Source of the DNA: a virus
DNA: 64,000 nucleotides
Reading direction: 5' to 3' (one strand)
IMG/VR virus record: IMGVR_UViG_3300037606_000137
Coordinates: 46,381-110,380 of that record
Both the position numbers and the translations under genes were made by a program. Within the stretch, counting starts at the first letter, position 1; each line of letters opens with the position of its first letter. Shown piece by piece: positions 1 to 9,925 of the stretch. Below the pieces are notes generated by a model, which was given only the letters and a program-made list of their open reading frames with translations, was not told where the DNA came from and did no database searches.

Positions 1-305
1 ATATCGTAATACTCTTTAATAACTTTACCTTTTGTAGCTTTTACAATAGGTGTTATAAATTCATAACAAAAACCTAATTCTAACAATTCAGGCCACATTT
101 TATGTATAAAATTAATTAATAAACCTTTAATTGAAATACCAAAACAATTATGTGTTAACATATATCCAAGTTCATGTTTAATATGAAATGTGTGATCATT
201 TTCAATAGTTAAATCTATGCATTTTGTTTCTTTGTTTATGTGTGAAATACTGTCTATTTTATGTATTTCATATTGACTCAAATCTATATTTATTTTTTCT
301 ATCAT
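1..305 (-). CDS. Split-intein C-half (53 aa, 305..147) fused to the C-terminal part of type II DNA topoisomerase; runs off the window edge, absent from the ORF track
   Basis: Manual translation from ATG at 305: MIEKINIDLSQYEIHKIDSISHINKETKCIDLTIENDHTFHIKHELGYMLTHN|CFGISIKGLLINFIHKMWPELLELGFCYEFITPIVKATKGK. Intein block F (IDLTIENDHTF), terminal HN and +1 Cys, then the topo II IKGLLINF...FITPIVK motif. ATGA overlap with the upstream gene's stop. Confidence 0.92.
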   Translation of the reverse strand, partial: MIEKINIDLSQYEIHKIDSISHINKETKCIDLTIENDHTFHIKHELGYMLTHNCFGISIKGLLINFIHKMWPELLELGFCYEFITPIVKATKGKVIKEYYD

Positions 306-1339
306 AAGTATATTATGTTTTTAATTATTTTTAATTGTTTTATTATGTCTATTAATATTTTTTCTTCTGGTACATTGTTTTCCCATAAAATAATAAGTGG
401 TCCATTTGTTGATTCTATAATTTGTTTATTTCTAATTTCATCATCTTTCCAAATTTCGTATGCATATTTCTTTTTTAATTTATGATAATAGTCTTTTTTG
501 TAATTTCTTGGGTCACAGTGCCAAAATTGCCCAAAAAATTCTAAACATATATTATAATCTACTAAATAAAAATCTACAATTTTTGGTCTTATTTTGTTTA
601 AAATATGAATTGGATATTCTTCGATATATTTAATATTGTATAATTCTAATGTTTGTTTAATTTTTTGTGATACTTTACTTATTTTTGTTCCAGTTGTAAC
701 TTTTATTAATTTTGCTAAATATGATTCATATTTAGTTTTACCTATATCATATCCAAATTTATTTATATACCAATCTAAAGTATTAGATTTTCCTATTTTA
801 TCACATCTCTCTTTATATTTTATTGGTCCGTCAATTTCACCATATCTTATAATATAACCAGCTAAATTTGTACGCTGTGATATTGGTACATTATCACCAG
901 ATTTATTTCTGTTTGGTAATACTATATATTGTGCATCTTCTAATGTTATTTTTTTTATTATTGATAAATATTTTGGATTAGAACCAATGTGTTCATATGT
1001 TTTTTTATCATATGATGTACCCAATATTTTTAAACTTAAATCATTTTTACATTCAATACTATTACAAAAAAAACCACATTTATAGTATCTAGTAAATGTA
1101 TAATTTTCATTATCTAATCTATAAATAAAAAAAGAGTTTTTATTACAATTTCCACATTTTTCTATAGGTTTATCCTCAACATAATATCTTTTAATGTAAT
1201 CATCAAATATTATATTATGTTTTCTTTTAACATGACTAATTAAACCACTATTATTATTTACTATTTTATTACATATTTTACAAGTCATACACATACCAAA
1301 TTGTTTATATTTATATATTAATTTTGGTATGTGTATCAA
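302..1339 (-). CDS. Free-standing homing endonuclease (Zn finger plus Vsr/DUF559-like PD-(D/E)xK domain) between the split-intein halves; likely start at ATG 1294
   Basis: CKIC...HVKRKH zinc finger, RYG/KFG repeats, C-terminal VDFYLVDYNICLEFFGQFWHCDP. A TAATATATA box lies just upstream of ATG 1294. Confidence 0.8.
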   Translation of the reverse strand: MIHIPKLIYKYKQFGMCMTCKICNKIVNNNSGLISHVKRKHNIIFDDYIKRYYVEDKPIEKCGNCNKNSFFIYRLDNENYTFTRYYKCGFFCNSIECKNDLSLKILGTSYDKKTYEHIGSNPKYLSIIKKITLEDAQYIVLPNRNKSGDNVPISQRTNLAGYIIRYGEIDGPIKYKERCDKIGKSNTLDWYINKFGYDIGKTKYESYLAKLIKVTTGTKISKVSQKIKQTLELYNIKYIEEYPIHILNKIRPKIVDFYLVDYNICLEFFGQFWHCDPRNYKKDYYHKLKKKYAYEIWKDDEIRNKQIIESTNGPLIILWENNVPEEKILIDIIKQLKIIKNIIYL

Positions 1340-3117
1340 TTTCTTTTTATTAATACTAAATCTGTGTATAGCAATGATTCTGCATAAATTACTATAGTTT
1401 CACCATTGCGTAATACAATTAATTTGTGTTGTTTACTACATAAATATTCAGTGCCTGAAACCATAAATGACACCATATCATTTTTTATAGATGCAATTAT
1501 ATTTATAACTTTTTTATATTCTCCGGTGTGTGTTAATACATAATCATCATATGTAATATTTTTTATTTTCTTTTCGCCATCTTTTGTTAAAACTATAGTA
1601 TTTTCTTCTAAACAGTCAGCATCAGTAAAAAATACAATTTTACCATATCTTAATTCGTTTATATCTGTATATTTTTTACCCGGTACTAATCCAATAATTT
1701 TAATAATATTTGCTATTTCATCATTATTAATTATTTTAGATACCGGTACATCTCTTACATTTAATGGTCTTCCTTTTATTGGAAAAACACCCCAATAATC
1801 TCTACCAACAACACTCAACCCTGTTATAACTGTTCCTTTTGCACTATCACCTTCTGTAATACAAAGTGTTGATTTATAACCACTTGTAGTTCCAGCTTTA
1901 TGTGCATCAACTAATTTTTCTACACGAATTGTTTTACCAGCAGATTTTTTATTCATTTTATTCAATGCTGCTTGTTCTTTCATTAAAACCCATTCTAAAA
2001 TAGATTCTATGATTTCAGATTTCATTAATAATTTATATAATTTATCAGATAAATCAACATCATCTATAATTTTAGATATTAAATTTTCTTTTGTTTGTGC
2101 ATCAAATTTAGGATTAGCTATTTTACATATTAAAAACATGTGAAATTTATTTTTAATATCGTTTGGTTTAATATTAATACCTTTTCTACCTTTAGTTAAA
2201 TCTGTTATTAATCTTTTAATAACTTTACTCATTATAAAATCAACATGTGTTCCACCTTGCCATGTAGTATTACCGTTTATAATAGAACAGTGTTCAAATG
2301 TGTCTGTACTTGATTGTGTTAAACCAATATTCCATTTATCATTAATTTCTTCTTTAAATAATTCTGCATTTGGTTCTATATGTAATGACATCCAATCTGA
2401 AATATTATTAATTTTAATTAATTCATCATTAAAATAAACTTTAATATTTGGATTGTATGCAGCAATATCATATGCTCTTTTAATACATAATTTCATTGTA
2501 TCATTACTATAATCAGCTATTGGTAGTCTTGTAATATCTGTATTATATGTTACACATGTATATGATTTTTTACATGGTTTTATAACGGGTTTTGTTTTAT
2601 TTCTTGCATTATTTGATAATTCTTGATAATAAGATTTAGATCCATCACCACAATCAATAATAAATTTTGATGAAAATAATGCAACACAACCAGAACCAAC
2701 ACCATTTCTACCAGCACCATAACGTTCTTCGGTATCATTGTAATTCGACCCAGAATTTAAACGCCCTAAAACCATTTCAGGAACATACATATTATGTTCT
2801 TTATGAATTGTAACTGGAATACCTTCACCATCATTCCATACTTTAATAGTCCAATCGCTTTCTATATTAATTTTAATGGTTGTAACTTTTTTCCCCCTTT
2901 GTGCATGATCTGACGCATTTGTTATAATTTCATCATATAATTTCAAAAATCCGGGTATATATGTTAATGATTGTTTTCGAATATGATTATCTTCAAAACA
3001 CCACATATCTTTAGTTTGTTCTTCAATAGAACCAATCATTGTATCAGGTCTAAGTAAAATTTGTTCTTCTTGACTTAATAATTTATATTCTTCTTCAACA
3101 TTTATTTTTTTTACCAT
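1336..3117 (-). CDS. Type II DNA topoisomerase N-terminal part (GHKL ATPase, transducer, start of TOPRIM) ending in a split-intein N-half (1614..1339, 92 aa)
   Basis: EIITNASD, GRNGVG, GGTHV, TEGDSA, PIKGRPLNV and FFTDAD, followed immediately by intein block A CLEENTIVLTKDG and block B CSKQHKL, then a stop. Confidence 0.93.
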   Translation of the reverse strand: MVKKINVEEEYKLLSQEEQILLRPDTMIGSIEEQTKDMWCFEDNHIRKQSLTYIPGFLKLYDEIITNASDHAQRGKKVTTIKINIESDWTIKVWNDGEGIPVTIHKEHNMYVPEMVLGRLNSGSNYNDTEERYGAGRNGVGSGCVALFSSKFIIDCGDGSKSYYQELSNNARNKTKPVIKPCKKSYTCVTYNTDITRLPIADYSNDTMKLCIKRAYDIAAYNPNIKVYFNDELIKINNISDWMSLHIEPNAELFKEEINDKWNIGLTQSSTDTFEHCSIINGNTTWQGGTHVDFIMSKVIKRLITDLTKGRKGINIKPNDIKNKFHMFLICKIANPKFDAQTKENLISKIIDDVDLSDKLYKLLMKSEIIESILEWVLMKEQAALNKMNKKSAGKTIRVEKLVDAHKAGTTSGYKSTLCITEGDSAKGTVITGLSVVGRDYWGVFPIKGRPLNVRDVPVSKIINNDEIANIIKIIGLVPGKKYTDINELRYGKIVFFTDADCLEENTIVLTKDGEKKIKNITYDDYVLTHTGEYKKVINIIASIKNDMVSFMVSGTEYLCSKQHKLIVLRNGETIVIYAESLLYTDLVLIKRN

Positions 3118-3287
3118 AATCTAATTAATCCTTTTATTCATTTAAATGTATTACTATACTTTTATTATACATTTAAACTTTTATTTGTTTATTAATTTAT
3201 TCTTATATAGTATTTTTTATTTTAATACATAAAAATATTTTTTTATTAAATAAAAAATTAATATATTTGTAAAAAATAAAATTAATT

Positions 3288-3599
3288 ATGAAATATATTA
3301 AATTATCAATTACAACATTTTTCTTGTTTATATCATTTTGGTTAACAACATTAATATTCGGAAAACAATTTTCTGTGAATAACTTAGAATATGCTATTGA
3401 CAATCATACAGAAAACACATTAATGATTTTAATCATATCAACAGTGTTATCTGCAATCGGTATATTTTTGTTAGGTCTATTAGCTCTTTTTATACATTAT
3501 GTTTTTGTAAAATTAACATTTCATAATGAAATTAGAAAAGATGCTTTTTTATTATTGAAATATAGACGTAATAAACAAAATAAATTAAAAACAAAATAA
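3288..3599 (+). CDS. Hypothetical membrane protein
   Basis: Two hydrophobic segments; TATATTTG box at 3262. Confidence 0.6.
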   Translation: MKYIKLSITTFFLFISFWLTTLIFGKQFSVNNLEYAIDNHTENTLMILIISTVLSAIGIFLLGLLALFIHYVFVKLTFHNEIRKDAFLLLKYRRNKQNKLKTK

Positions 3600-3601
3600 A
3601 T

Positions 3602-4138
3602 ATGAAAGAACAAATTAAATCATTTTTATTAAAAATTAAAATACAACTAAAATTAGTTAATTGGAATTCTATATCAGTGCGTTATAATTTATCAGAATCA
3701 TTCATTAGAGAAAATAAAGATAGAGTTGATTGGTTTCGTATATCACAATATCAAAAGTTATCAGAAGCTTTTATAACAGAATTTAAAGATAAAGTTGATT
3801 GGAATAATATATCAGGTTATCAAAATTTATCTGAATCTTTTATCAGAGAATTTAAAGATTTAGTTGATTGGGGTTATATATCAATGTATCAAAATTTAAC
3901 GGAAAATTTCATTAGAGAATTTAAAAATGAAGTTGATTGGTATTATATATCATGTAGTCAAAAGTTATCAGAATCATTCATTAGAGAAAATAAAGATGAT
4001 GTTAATTGGGATTATATATCATGTTTTCAAAAATTATCAGAAGAATTTATAATAGAAAATAAAGATAGAGTTTATTGGGATTATATATCAAGTAATCAAA
4101 AGTTATCCGAATCATTCATATCAAAACATAAAAGATGA
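3602..4138 (+). CDS. 22-aa Trp-repeat protein, truncated copy
   Basis: About 7 W-x-x-IS-x-x-Q(K/N)LSE(S/E)FI units; an extra A near 4130 causes the stop. Confidence 0.75.
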   Translation: MKEQIKSFLLKIKIQLKLVNWNSISVRYNLSESFIRENKDRVDWFRISQYQKLSEAFITEFKDKVDWNNISGYQNLSESFIREFKDLVDWGYISMYQNLTENFIREFKNEVDWYYISCSQKLSESFIRENKDDVNWDYISCFQKLSEEFIIENKDRVYWDYISSNQKLSESFISKHKR

Positions 4139-4249
4139 TATTAATTGGACTAGTTGGTTGTTGAAGTTAGAATTCATAAAGATGATCTAACTGCATTGGT
4201 TCATGATGGTGGTAAAATTAGATGTCAAAAATTTACAATTTTAAATTAA
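4139..4249 (+). pseudogene. Relic of the Trp-repeat family C-terminal domain
   Basis: 4154..4249 reads LVVEVRIHKDDLTALVHDGGKIRCQKFTILN*, nearly identical to the ends of the 4254 and 62423 proteins, but it follows in-frame stops. Confidence 0.8.
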
Positions 4250-4253
4250 AAGT

Positions 4254-5594
4254 ATGAGAACATTAAAAGAAATTATAAAATTATTAGATATTAAAACTAA
4301 ATCAAAAGATTTAAAAAAGGTTTTATATGATAAATTAATTAAAAACAAAATAAATATGAAAGAACAAATTAAATCATTTTTATTAAAAATTAAAATACAA
4401 CTAAAATTAGTTAATTGGAATTCTATATCACAATATCAAAAATTGTCTGAAGATTTTATGAGAGAACATAAAGATTATGTTAATTGGCATTCTATATCAT
4501 ATTATCAAAAGTTATCAGAATCATTTATAACAGAACATAAAGATAAAGTTAATTGGGAACGTATATCAAGTAATCAAAAGTTATCTGAATCTTTTATTAC
4601 AGAACATAAAGATAGTGTTGATTGGAATGCTATATCACAATTTCAAAATTTATCTGAATCTTTCATATCAGAACATAAAGATTATGTTTATTGGTATAAT
4701 ATATCTTGTTATCAAATGTTATCTGAATCTTTTATTACAGAACATAAAGATAAAGTTAATTGGGAACGTATATCTTGTTATCAAAACTTATCAGAAGAAT
4801 TCATTACAGAACATAAAGATAAAGTTTCTTGGTATGATATATCACAATATAAAAAATTAACTGAATCATTCATTACAGAATTTAAAGATTATGTTGATTG
4901 GGAATGTATTTCACATTATAAAAAATTAACTGAATCATTCATTGAAAAACATAAAGATGAAGTTTTTTGGCCTTTTATATGTGAATATCAAAAGTTATCA
5001 GATTCATTTATAACTAAATTTCAAGATTATGTTGATTGGTATCGTATATCAAAATATCAAAATTTATCTGAAGAATTCATTACAGAACATAAAGATAAAG
5101 TTTCTTGGACATGTATTTCAAAATTTCAAAAATTATCGGAAGAATTTATAATTGAATATAAAGATTTAATTGATTGGTCTATTATATCAAAATTTCAAAA
5201 ATTATCTGAATCATTCATATCAGAACATAAATTAGAATTGAATCCTAATAGTTGGTTATATAAGGATGGTGATTATAAATTGGAAGCTATTAGAAAGACT
5301 GGTTTATATACAACTGATGATAATTATGTTTATGGATTTAAAGGTATTAGACGGGATCGTTATAGTAAATTTAACTTTCAATTTCAATACTTAAAAGGTC
5401 AAGAATATGAATGTCATGCTGATTTCAATAATGATAATGAAAATTCATTTGGTTTGTCTGTTTGGACAAAAAAAGAAGCAACTGATTATTGTAAACAATT
5501 GGTTGTTGAAGTTAAAATACACAAAGATGATTTATCAGCATTAGTGCATAATGGTGGTAAAATTCGATGCCAAAAGTTTACAATTTTAAATTAA
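4254..5594 (+). CDS. 22-aa Trp-repeat protein with conserved C-terminal domain
   Basis: 12 tandem 66-nt units, then YGFKGIRRDRYSKFNFQFQYLKGQEYECHAD...SFGLSVWT...LVVEVKIHKDDL. Confidence 0.9.
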   Translation: MRTLKEIIKLLDIKTKSKDLKKVLYDKLIKNKINMKEQIKSFLLKIKIQLKLVNWNSISQYQKLSEDFMREHKDYVNWHSISYYQKLSESFITEHKDKVNWERISSNQKLSESFITEHKDSVDWNAISQFQNLSESFISEHKDYVYWYNISCYQMLSESFITEHKDKVNWERISCYQNLSEEFITEHKDKVSWYDISQYKKLTESFITEFKDYVDWECISHYKKLTESFIEKHKDEVFWPFICEYQKLSDSFITKFQDYVDWYRISKYQNLSEEFITEHKDKVSWTCISKFQKLSEEFIIEYKDLIDWSIISKFQKLSESFISEHKLELNPNSWLYKDGDYKLEAIRKTGLYTTDDNYVYGFKGIRRDRYSKFNFQFQYLKGQEYECHADFNNDNENSFGLSVWTKKEATDYCKQLVVEVKIHKDDLSALVHNGGKIRCQKFTILN

Positions 5595-5602
5595 TTATTA
5601 GT

Positions 5603-6856
5603 ATGAATTTTCAATTATTTACAAAAACAAAAATAGAAAAAATTAAAAGTAATCATTCTTATGGTATACTTATTGAAGTTGGTGCTGGATGTCCGGTTTA
5701 TAATGAATTATGTCAATATCAAAACACAGCTTCAAAAATTGTAATGTATGCAGAATCACCGAATTCTTGGATATATAATCAATTTAAATATAAAAATGAA
5801 AATGTAAGAGCAATATCAGCTGAAATTTGTCGTAATTTTATAGAACAAAAAAAGAATCATCATGGAATGTTAATTAATTTTGAATTAGTTAATACAATTC
5901 AAATTGCTAATGATGATAAAACACAAACACATGGATGGTTTGGTTTAAAATATTTAGATGAAATTAAGTATTACCATTTTACTATTTCAAATAAAACAAC
6001 AGACAGAAAATATTTATGTGAAATTATTTCAAAAATTGGTTTAGATATTTTAGCATCACAAAACAATGTAGAATTGTTAGATAATGGTTATATAGATCAA
6101 ATTTTAGATAATAATTTAAATCAATTAAAAGAAGAAACATTAACTGTTATTATTAATGGTAAATTAAATATTAATAATATCAATAATACAATAACTGTAT
6201 TTACTCCAGATAATAATATAATTAGATTTAATGATTATTTACGGTCTATTCAAAATAGTTCATTAACTGTATTTAAGGGTAGTTTTAATCCAATACATAA
6301 ACAACATATCAATTTAATAGAAAGTGCACGAAAAGAGCTTAAATGTGATAATACAGTACTTTGTATTTCTGTTTACAATAGAGATATAACTAAAAAAATA
6401 TGTGCAGAAAATTTATTAAAGCGTATACAAATATTAAATGATTTAGGATATACTGTTTTAATAGATTGTTTAGGACAATATCATTATTCATATACGTCAA
6501 TGTTAAACAATGTCAATTTTAAAAATATAGAATTAAATTACATTATGGGTTCTGATATTATAAAAAGATTTTTACTTGATGAAGATGTTTATATAAAAGA
6601 GAAATCAAATAAAAACATTACAGATTTTAATAATAAATGGGATAAATGTAATTTTCATTATGTATGTCGTGATGGTGTGTGTGATGTTAAAAAACATATT
6701 AATATAGATTTATTAAATGTTAAACATATGGATATTCATTATAACGAAATATCATCAACACAAATTAGACAATTACTATTGAATGAAGATTATGATACAT
6801 TAAAAGAATTAGTTGGTGATGAAATATTAACATTATATAAAAAACATAAAATATGA
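5603..6856 (+). CDS. NadD/NMNAT-like nucleotidylyltransferase with a possible N-terminal CinA/PncC-like domain
   Basis: KGSFNPIHKQH (HxGH-like), IMGSD and EISSTQIR. The N-terminus (EVGAG...TASKIV...RAISAE) loosely resembles CinA C-terminal domains. Start taken at ATG 5603. Confidence 0.75.
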   Translation: MNFQLFTKTKIEKIKSNHSYGILIEVGAGCPVYNELCQYQNTASKIVMYAESPNSWIYNQFKYKNENVRAISAEICRNFIEQKKNHHGMLINFELVNTIQIANDDKTQTHGWFGLKYLDEIKYYHFTISNKTTDRKYLCEIISKIGLDILASQNNVELLDNGYIDQILDNNLNQLKEETLTVIINGKLNINNINNTITVFTPDNNIIRFNDYLRSIQNSSLTVFKGSFNPIHKQHINLIESARKELKCDNTVLCISVYNRDITKKICAENLLKRIQILNDLGYTVLIDCLGQYHYSYTSMLNNVNFKNIELNYIMGSDIIKRFLLDEDVYIKEKSNKNITDFNNKWDKCNFHYVCRDGVCDVKKHINIDLLNVKHMDIHYNEISSTQIRQLLLNEDYDTLKELVGDEILTLYKKHKI

Positions 6857-7167
6857 AAGAACATATATTAAAACGATTTGGTACAAAAGAATTTGAATTT
6901 AAAAATGATGTTTTTTATACAGATGAATATTGTATAACAACATACAATTATACTGAAGGATTTGGAATTATGTTTCATCCAACACGTGATAATGGTAAAA
7001 CATATCAATTACATAAAGGCACAAAAATTTATAAACGACCAAAAAAATCAGAAATTGTATTATGTGATACTATTTATAATACTATGATACAAAATGTATC
7101 ACCATTTTTTAAATGTTTAGTAAGTGACGATTATACCAATTACGAAGAATATATACAAAAACCATAA
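6853..7167 (+). CDS. Hypothetical protein
   Basis: ATGA-coupled to the upstream gene. Confidence 0.55.
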   Translation: MKEHILKRFGTKEFEFKNDVFYTDEYCITTYNYTEGFGIMFHPTRDNGKTYQLHKGTKIYKRPKKSEIVLCDTIYNTMIQNVSPFFKCLVSDDYTNYEEYIQKP

Positions 7168-7310
7168 AATAATTATATTATAATTGTAGTTTAATAATTA
7201 AAAATATTTATTATATTTGCAATAAAATGTATTACAATTAAAACAATTATATAAAATAACATATAAACTATAAGTAAAAATTAATTAATTAATAAATAAA
7301 AAATAAAATT

Positions 7311-8762
7311 ATGAAACATTTTCAAAGCATGTGGAATATCATGCTCGCAACAGATAGCTATAAAGCTACACATCACGGTATGTTACCAAAAGGATTAACA
7401 TATATGGAATCTTATGGTGAATCAAGAGGTGGAGACTATCCATTTACGTTATTTTTTGGTATGCAATATTATTTAAAATCGTATTTAGTTGGTCAACAAG
7501 TCACAGAACAAAAAATTCAAGATGCTGTTAAATTTTATAATGCACATTTTGGTGTAGATAATATGTTTAATGAAGATGGTTGGAGATATATTCTTGATAA
7601 ATACGATGGAAATTTACCTTTAAAAATAGAATCAGTAAAAGAAGGATCTATTGTACCAACAAAAAATATGTTATATAAAATTTCATCTACAGATGAAAAA
7701 TGTGCATGGTTAGTAAATTGGGTAGAAACATTATTAATGAAATTATGGTACCCAATTACAGTTGCTACAAATTCATTAGCTGGTATGGAAATTGTCAACA
7801 TACATGCAGAAAAATCAGGAACTAAGTCAGGTAATGAATTTAAGTTAGTTGATTTTGGTTATAGAGGTGTTGCAAGTGAAGAACAAGCATGGCTTGGTGG
7901 TGCAGCAAATTTATTATCATTTAAAGCTACAGATACCGTTGCTGGTATTAGAATGTTGATGGAATATTATGATGCACCAATGTGCGGATATTCAATTCCT
8001 GCAACAGAACATATGGTTATGACAATTAGAGGTCGTGATTTTGAAAGAGAAACATATAAACAAATTTTATCTGATCCTAAATACCGTAGTGGTAAATTAG
8101 CATTAGTTTCTGATACATATGATATTTATGCAGTATGTCGAATGTTATCAGAAGATACTGAATTAAAAGAATTAATTTTAAGTAGAAATGGACAATTGAT
8201 TATACGTCCTGATTCAGGTGATCCACAAGATGTTTTACTTAAATGTTTAGAAATTTTAGGTGATGGTTTTGGTTATACCGTAAATGAAAAAGGATATAAA
8301 GTATTAAATCCAAAAATTGGTTTATTACAAGGTGATGGTATTACAATATATACTATGCATGAAATAATGGAATATTTAGAAAGTGCAACAAATATGTGGT
8401 CATTTGATAATATAGCATTTGGTTCAGGTGGTGGATTATTGCAACACTTTAATAGAGATTCATTAAAATTTGCAATTAAAGCATGTTATGCAGTAACTGA
8501 TGGTGTTGCTATTGATGTATATAAGGATCCAATTACAGGATCAGGTAAAACATCTAAGAAAGGACAATTATATACTGTATGGAATGATAAAACCGGATAT
8601 GAAACAATTACAAAAGCAGAATTTGAAACTAATAATAGTACAAATATGTTACAAGCTGTATTTTTAAATGGTGTTTTATATAACGAACAAACATATCAAG
8701 ATATTATTGATACAAAAAACAATGAAATAAAAAAATTAGAGAATTTAGAAGATGACAAATAA
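7311..8762 (+). CDS. nadV: Nicotinamide phosphoribosyltransferase (NAMPT)
   Basis: TDSYKATH, DFGYRGV, SIPATEH, VSDTYD, IRPDSGDP, QGDGI, AFGSGGGLLQ, KDPITGSGKTSKKG. Confidence 0.95.
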   Translation: MKHFQSMWNIMLATDSYKATHHGMLPKGLTYMESYGESRGGDYPFTLFFGMQYYLKSYLVGQQVTEQKIQDAVKFYNAHFGVDNMFNEDGWRYILDKYDGNLPLKIESVKEGSIVPTKNMLYKISSTDEKCAWLVNWVETLLMKLWYPITVATNSLAGMEIVNIHAEKSGTKSGNEFKLVDFGYRGVASEEQAWLGGAANLLSFKATDTVAGIRMLMEYYDAPMCGYSIPATEHMVMTIRGRDFERETYKQILSDPKYRSGKLALVSDTYDIYAVCRMLSEDTELKELILSRNGQLIIRPDSGDPQDVLLKCLEILGDGFGYTVNEKGYKVLNPKIGLLQGDGITIYTMHEIMEYLESATNMWSFDNIAFGSGGGLLQHFNRDSLKFAIKACYAVTDGVAIDVYKDPITGSGKTSKKGQLYTVWNDKTGYETITKAEFETNNSTNMLQAVFLNGVLYNEQTYQDIIDTKNNEIKKLENLEDDK

Positions 8763-9048
8763 AACAAATTATGCAATTATATCAATAATTTATGAGGATA
8801 AAAAATATAAATCTATATTATTAGACATTGATGACGATTTAGATAACAGAGAATTAGTTACATTATTATCTGAATCAGGAACAACAAAATTATCAATGTT
8901 TAAAATGCCTACAAGTAAAACAAAATTTATAATATTTTCAAGAGAACAATTAGATAAAGCAGTATTTGAAATTGAGTTATTAACAAAAATAAATAAAACG
9001 ATAACTACTTGGGATGAAAGTAATGAAAATGAAATGATAAAATCATAA
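8752..9048 (+). CDS. Hypothetical protein
   Basis: Overlaps the nadV end and is followed by a terminator. Confidence 0.55.
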   Translation: MTNKTNYAIISIIYEDKKYKSILLDIDDDLDNRELVTLLSESGTTKLSMFKMPTSKTKFIIFSREQLDKAVFEIELLTKINKTITTWDESNENEMIKS

Positions 9049-9049
9049 A

Positions 9050-9082
9050 AAAAGAGACTTATTAATAAATAAGTCTTTTTTT
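9050..9082 (+). terminator. Intrinsic terminator
   Basis: AGACTTATT-aata-AATAAGTCT followed by a T-run. Confidence 0.7.
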
Positions 9083-9093
9083 ATATATATATT

Positions 9094-9903
9094 ATGAAAA
9101 TCATACAACCTTTTGATTTAACAAAAACATCAATTGAATCATTATTAAATGATAAAAAAATTTTATTAGCTAAAGATAATAAATCTTGGAGCGCATCAAT
9201 ATTTCCATTATCTAAAAAATTAAATAATATTACAACATTTGATAAAGACCATATAATAACACAAATAGATGATAAATTATTTGATGATTTTTTAATAGCT
9301 GATAATGTTAATCAAACAATTTATAATATTACTAATACCAAAAGAGATTATATAAAATGTATTGAAATTGGTGATATTAATGATAGTATAAAAAGATATA
9401 CACAATTAAATGTGTCTGTTGATTATAATACCGATGCACAAAAATTTTTAAATATACCAAATCAAGATTATTCACAAAATACAAATTTAAATATTTCTAA
9501 TAGAAATATATATCAATCTGAAATTGATATATTAATGAGTAAAAATAAAAAAAATAATATTTTTGATAACAATATTAATCATCCACATATTAATCAATAT
9601 AATCAATCTAATAATCTAACAAAAAATAATAATAAATCTATTATTATACAAATATTTAAGTGGGCAAAAGAAAAAGGTATTAAATATATTTATTGTATAA
9701 ATGAAAATAGACCTAATGTAATAAACAATCAATATGTTTTACCATTTGTATACTATACTATTAAAGGAACATATGATAAACAAAATACATTATTTAATGG
9801 TAATTTTGGAACAGGTAGTCAATCAATAGAAATATATACAAATATTATAGATGAATTTAATAATGATATAATAGATGAAAATAATATTGAATTAATTTAT
9901 TAA
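9094..9903 (+). CDS. Hypothetical protein
   Basis: 269-aa ORF in a co-oriented gene run. Confidence 0.6.
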   Translation: MKIIQPFDLTKTSIESLLNDKKILLAKDNKSWSASIFPLSKKLNNITTFDKDHIITQIDDKLFDDFLIADNVNQTIYNITNTKRDYIKCIEIGDINDSIKRYTQLNVSVDYNTDAQKFLNIPNQDYSQNTNLNISNRNIYQSEIDILMSKNKKNNIFDNNINHPHINQYNQSNNLTKNNNKSIIIQIFKWAKEKGIKYIYCINENRPNVINNQYVLPFVYYTIKGTYDKQNTLFNGNFGTGSQSIEIYTNIIDEFNNDIIDENNIELIY

Positions 9904-9925
9904 AATAAAAAATAAGCATACATAT

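Larger units (their letters stand above)
3583..4430 (+). repeat. 94-bp direct repeat (3583..3676 and 4337..4430)
   Basis: The identical stretch aattaaaaacaaaataaatatgaaagaac...ggaattctatatca occurs twice. Confidence 0.9.

Noticed and set aside
3650-5230. 66-nt periodic repeats as a CRISPR array
   Set aside because: Units are in-frame coding repeats with codon-level variation, no unique spacers and no cas genes.
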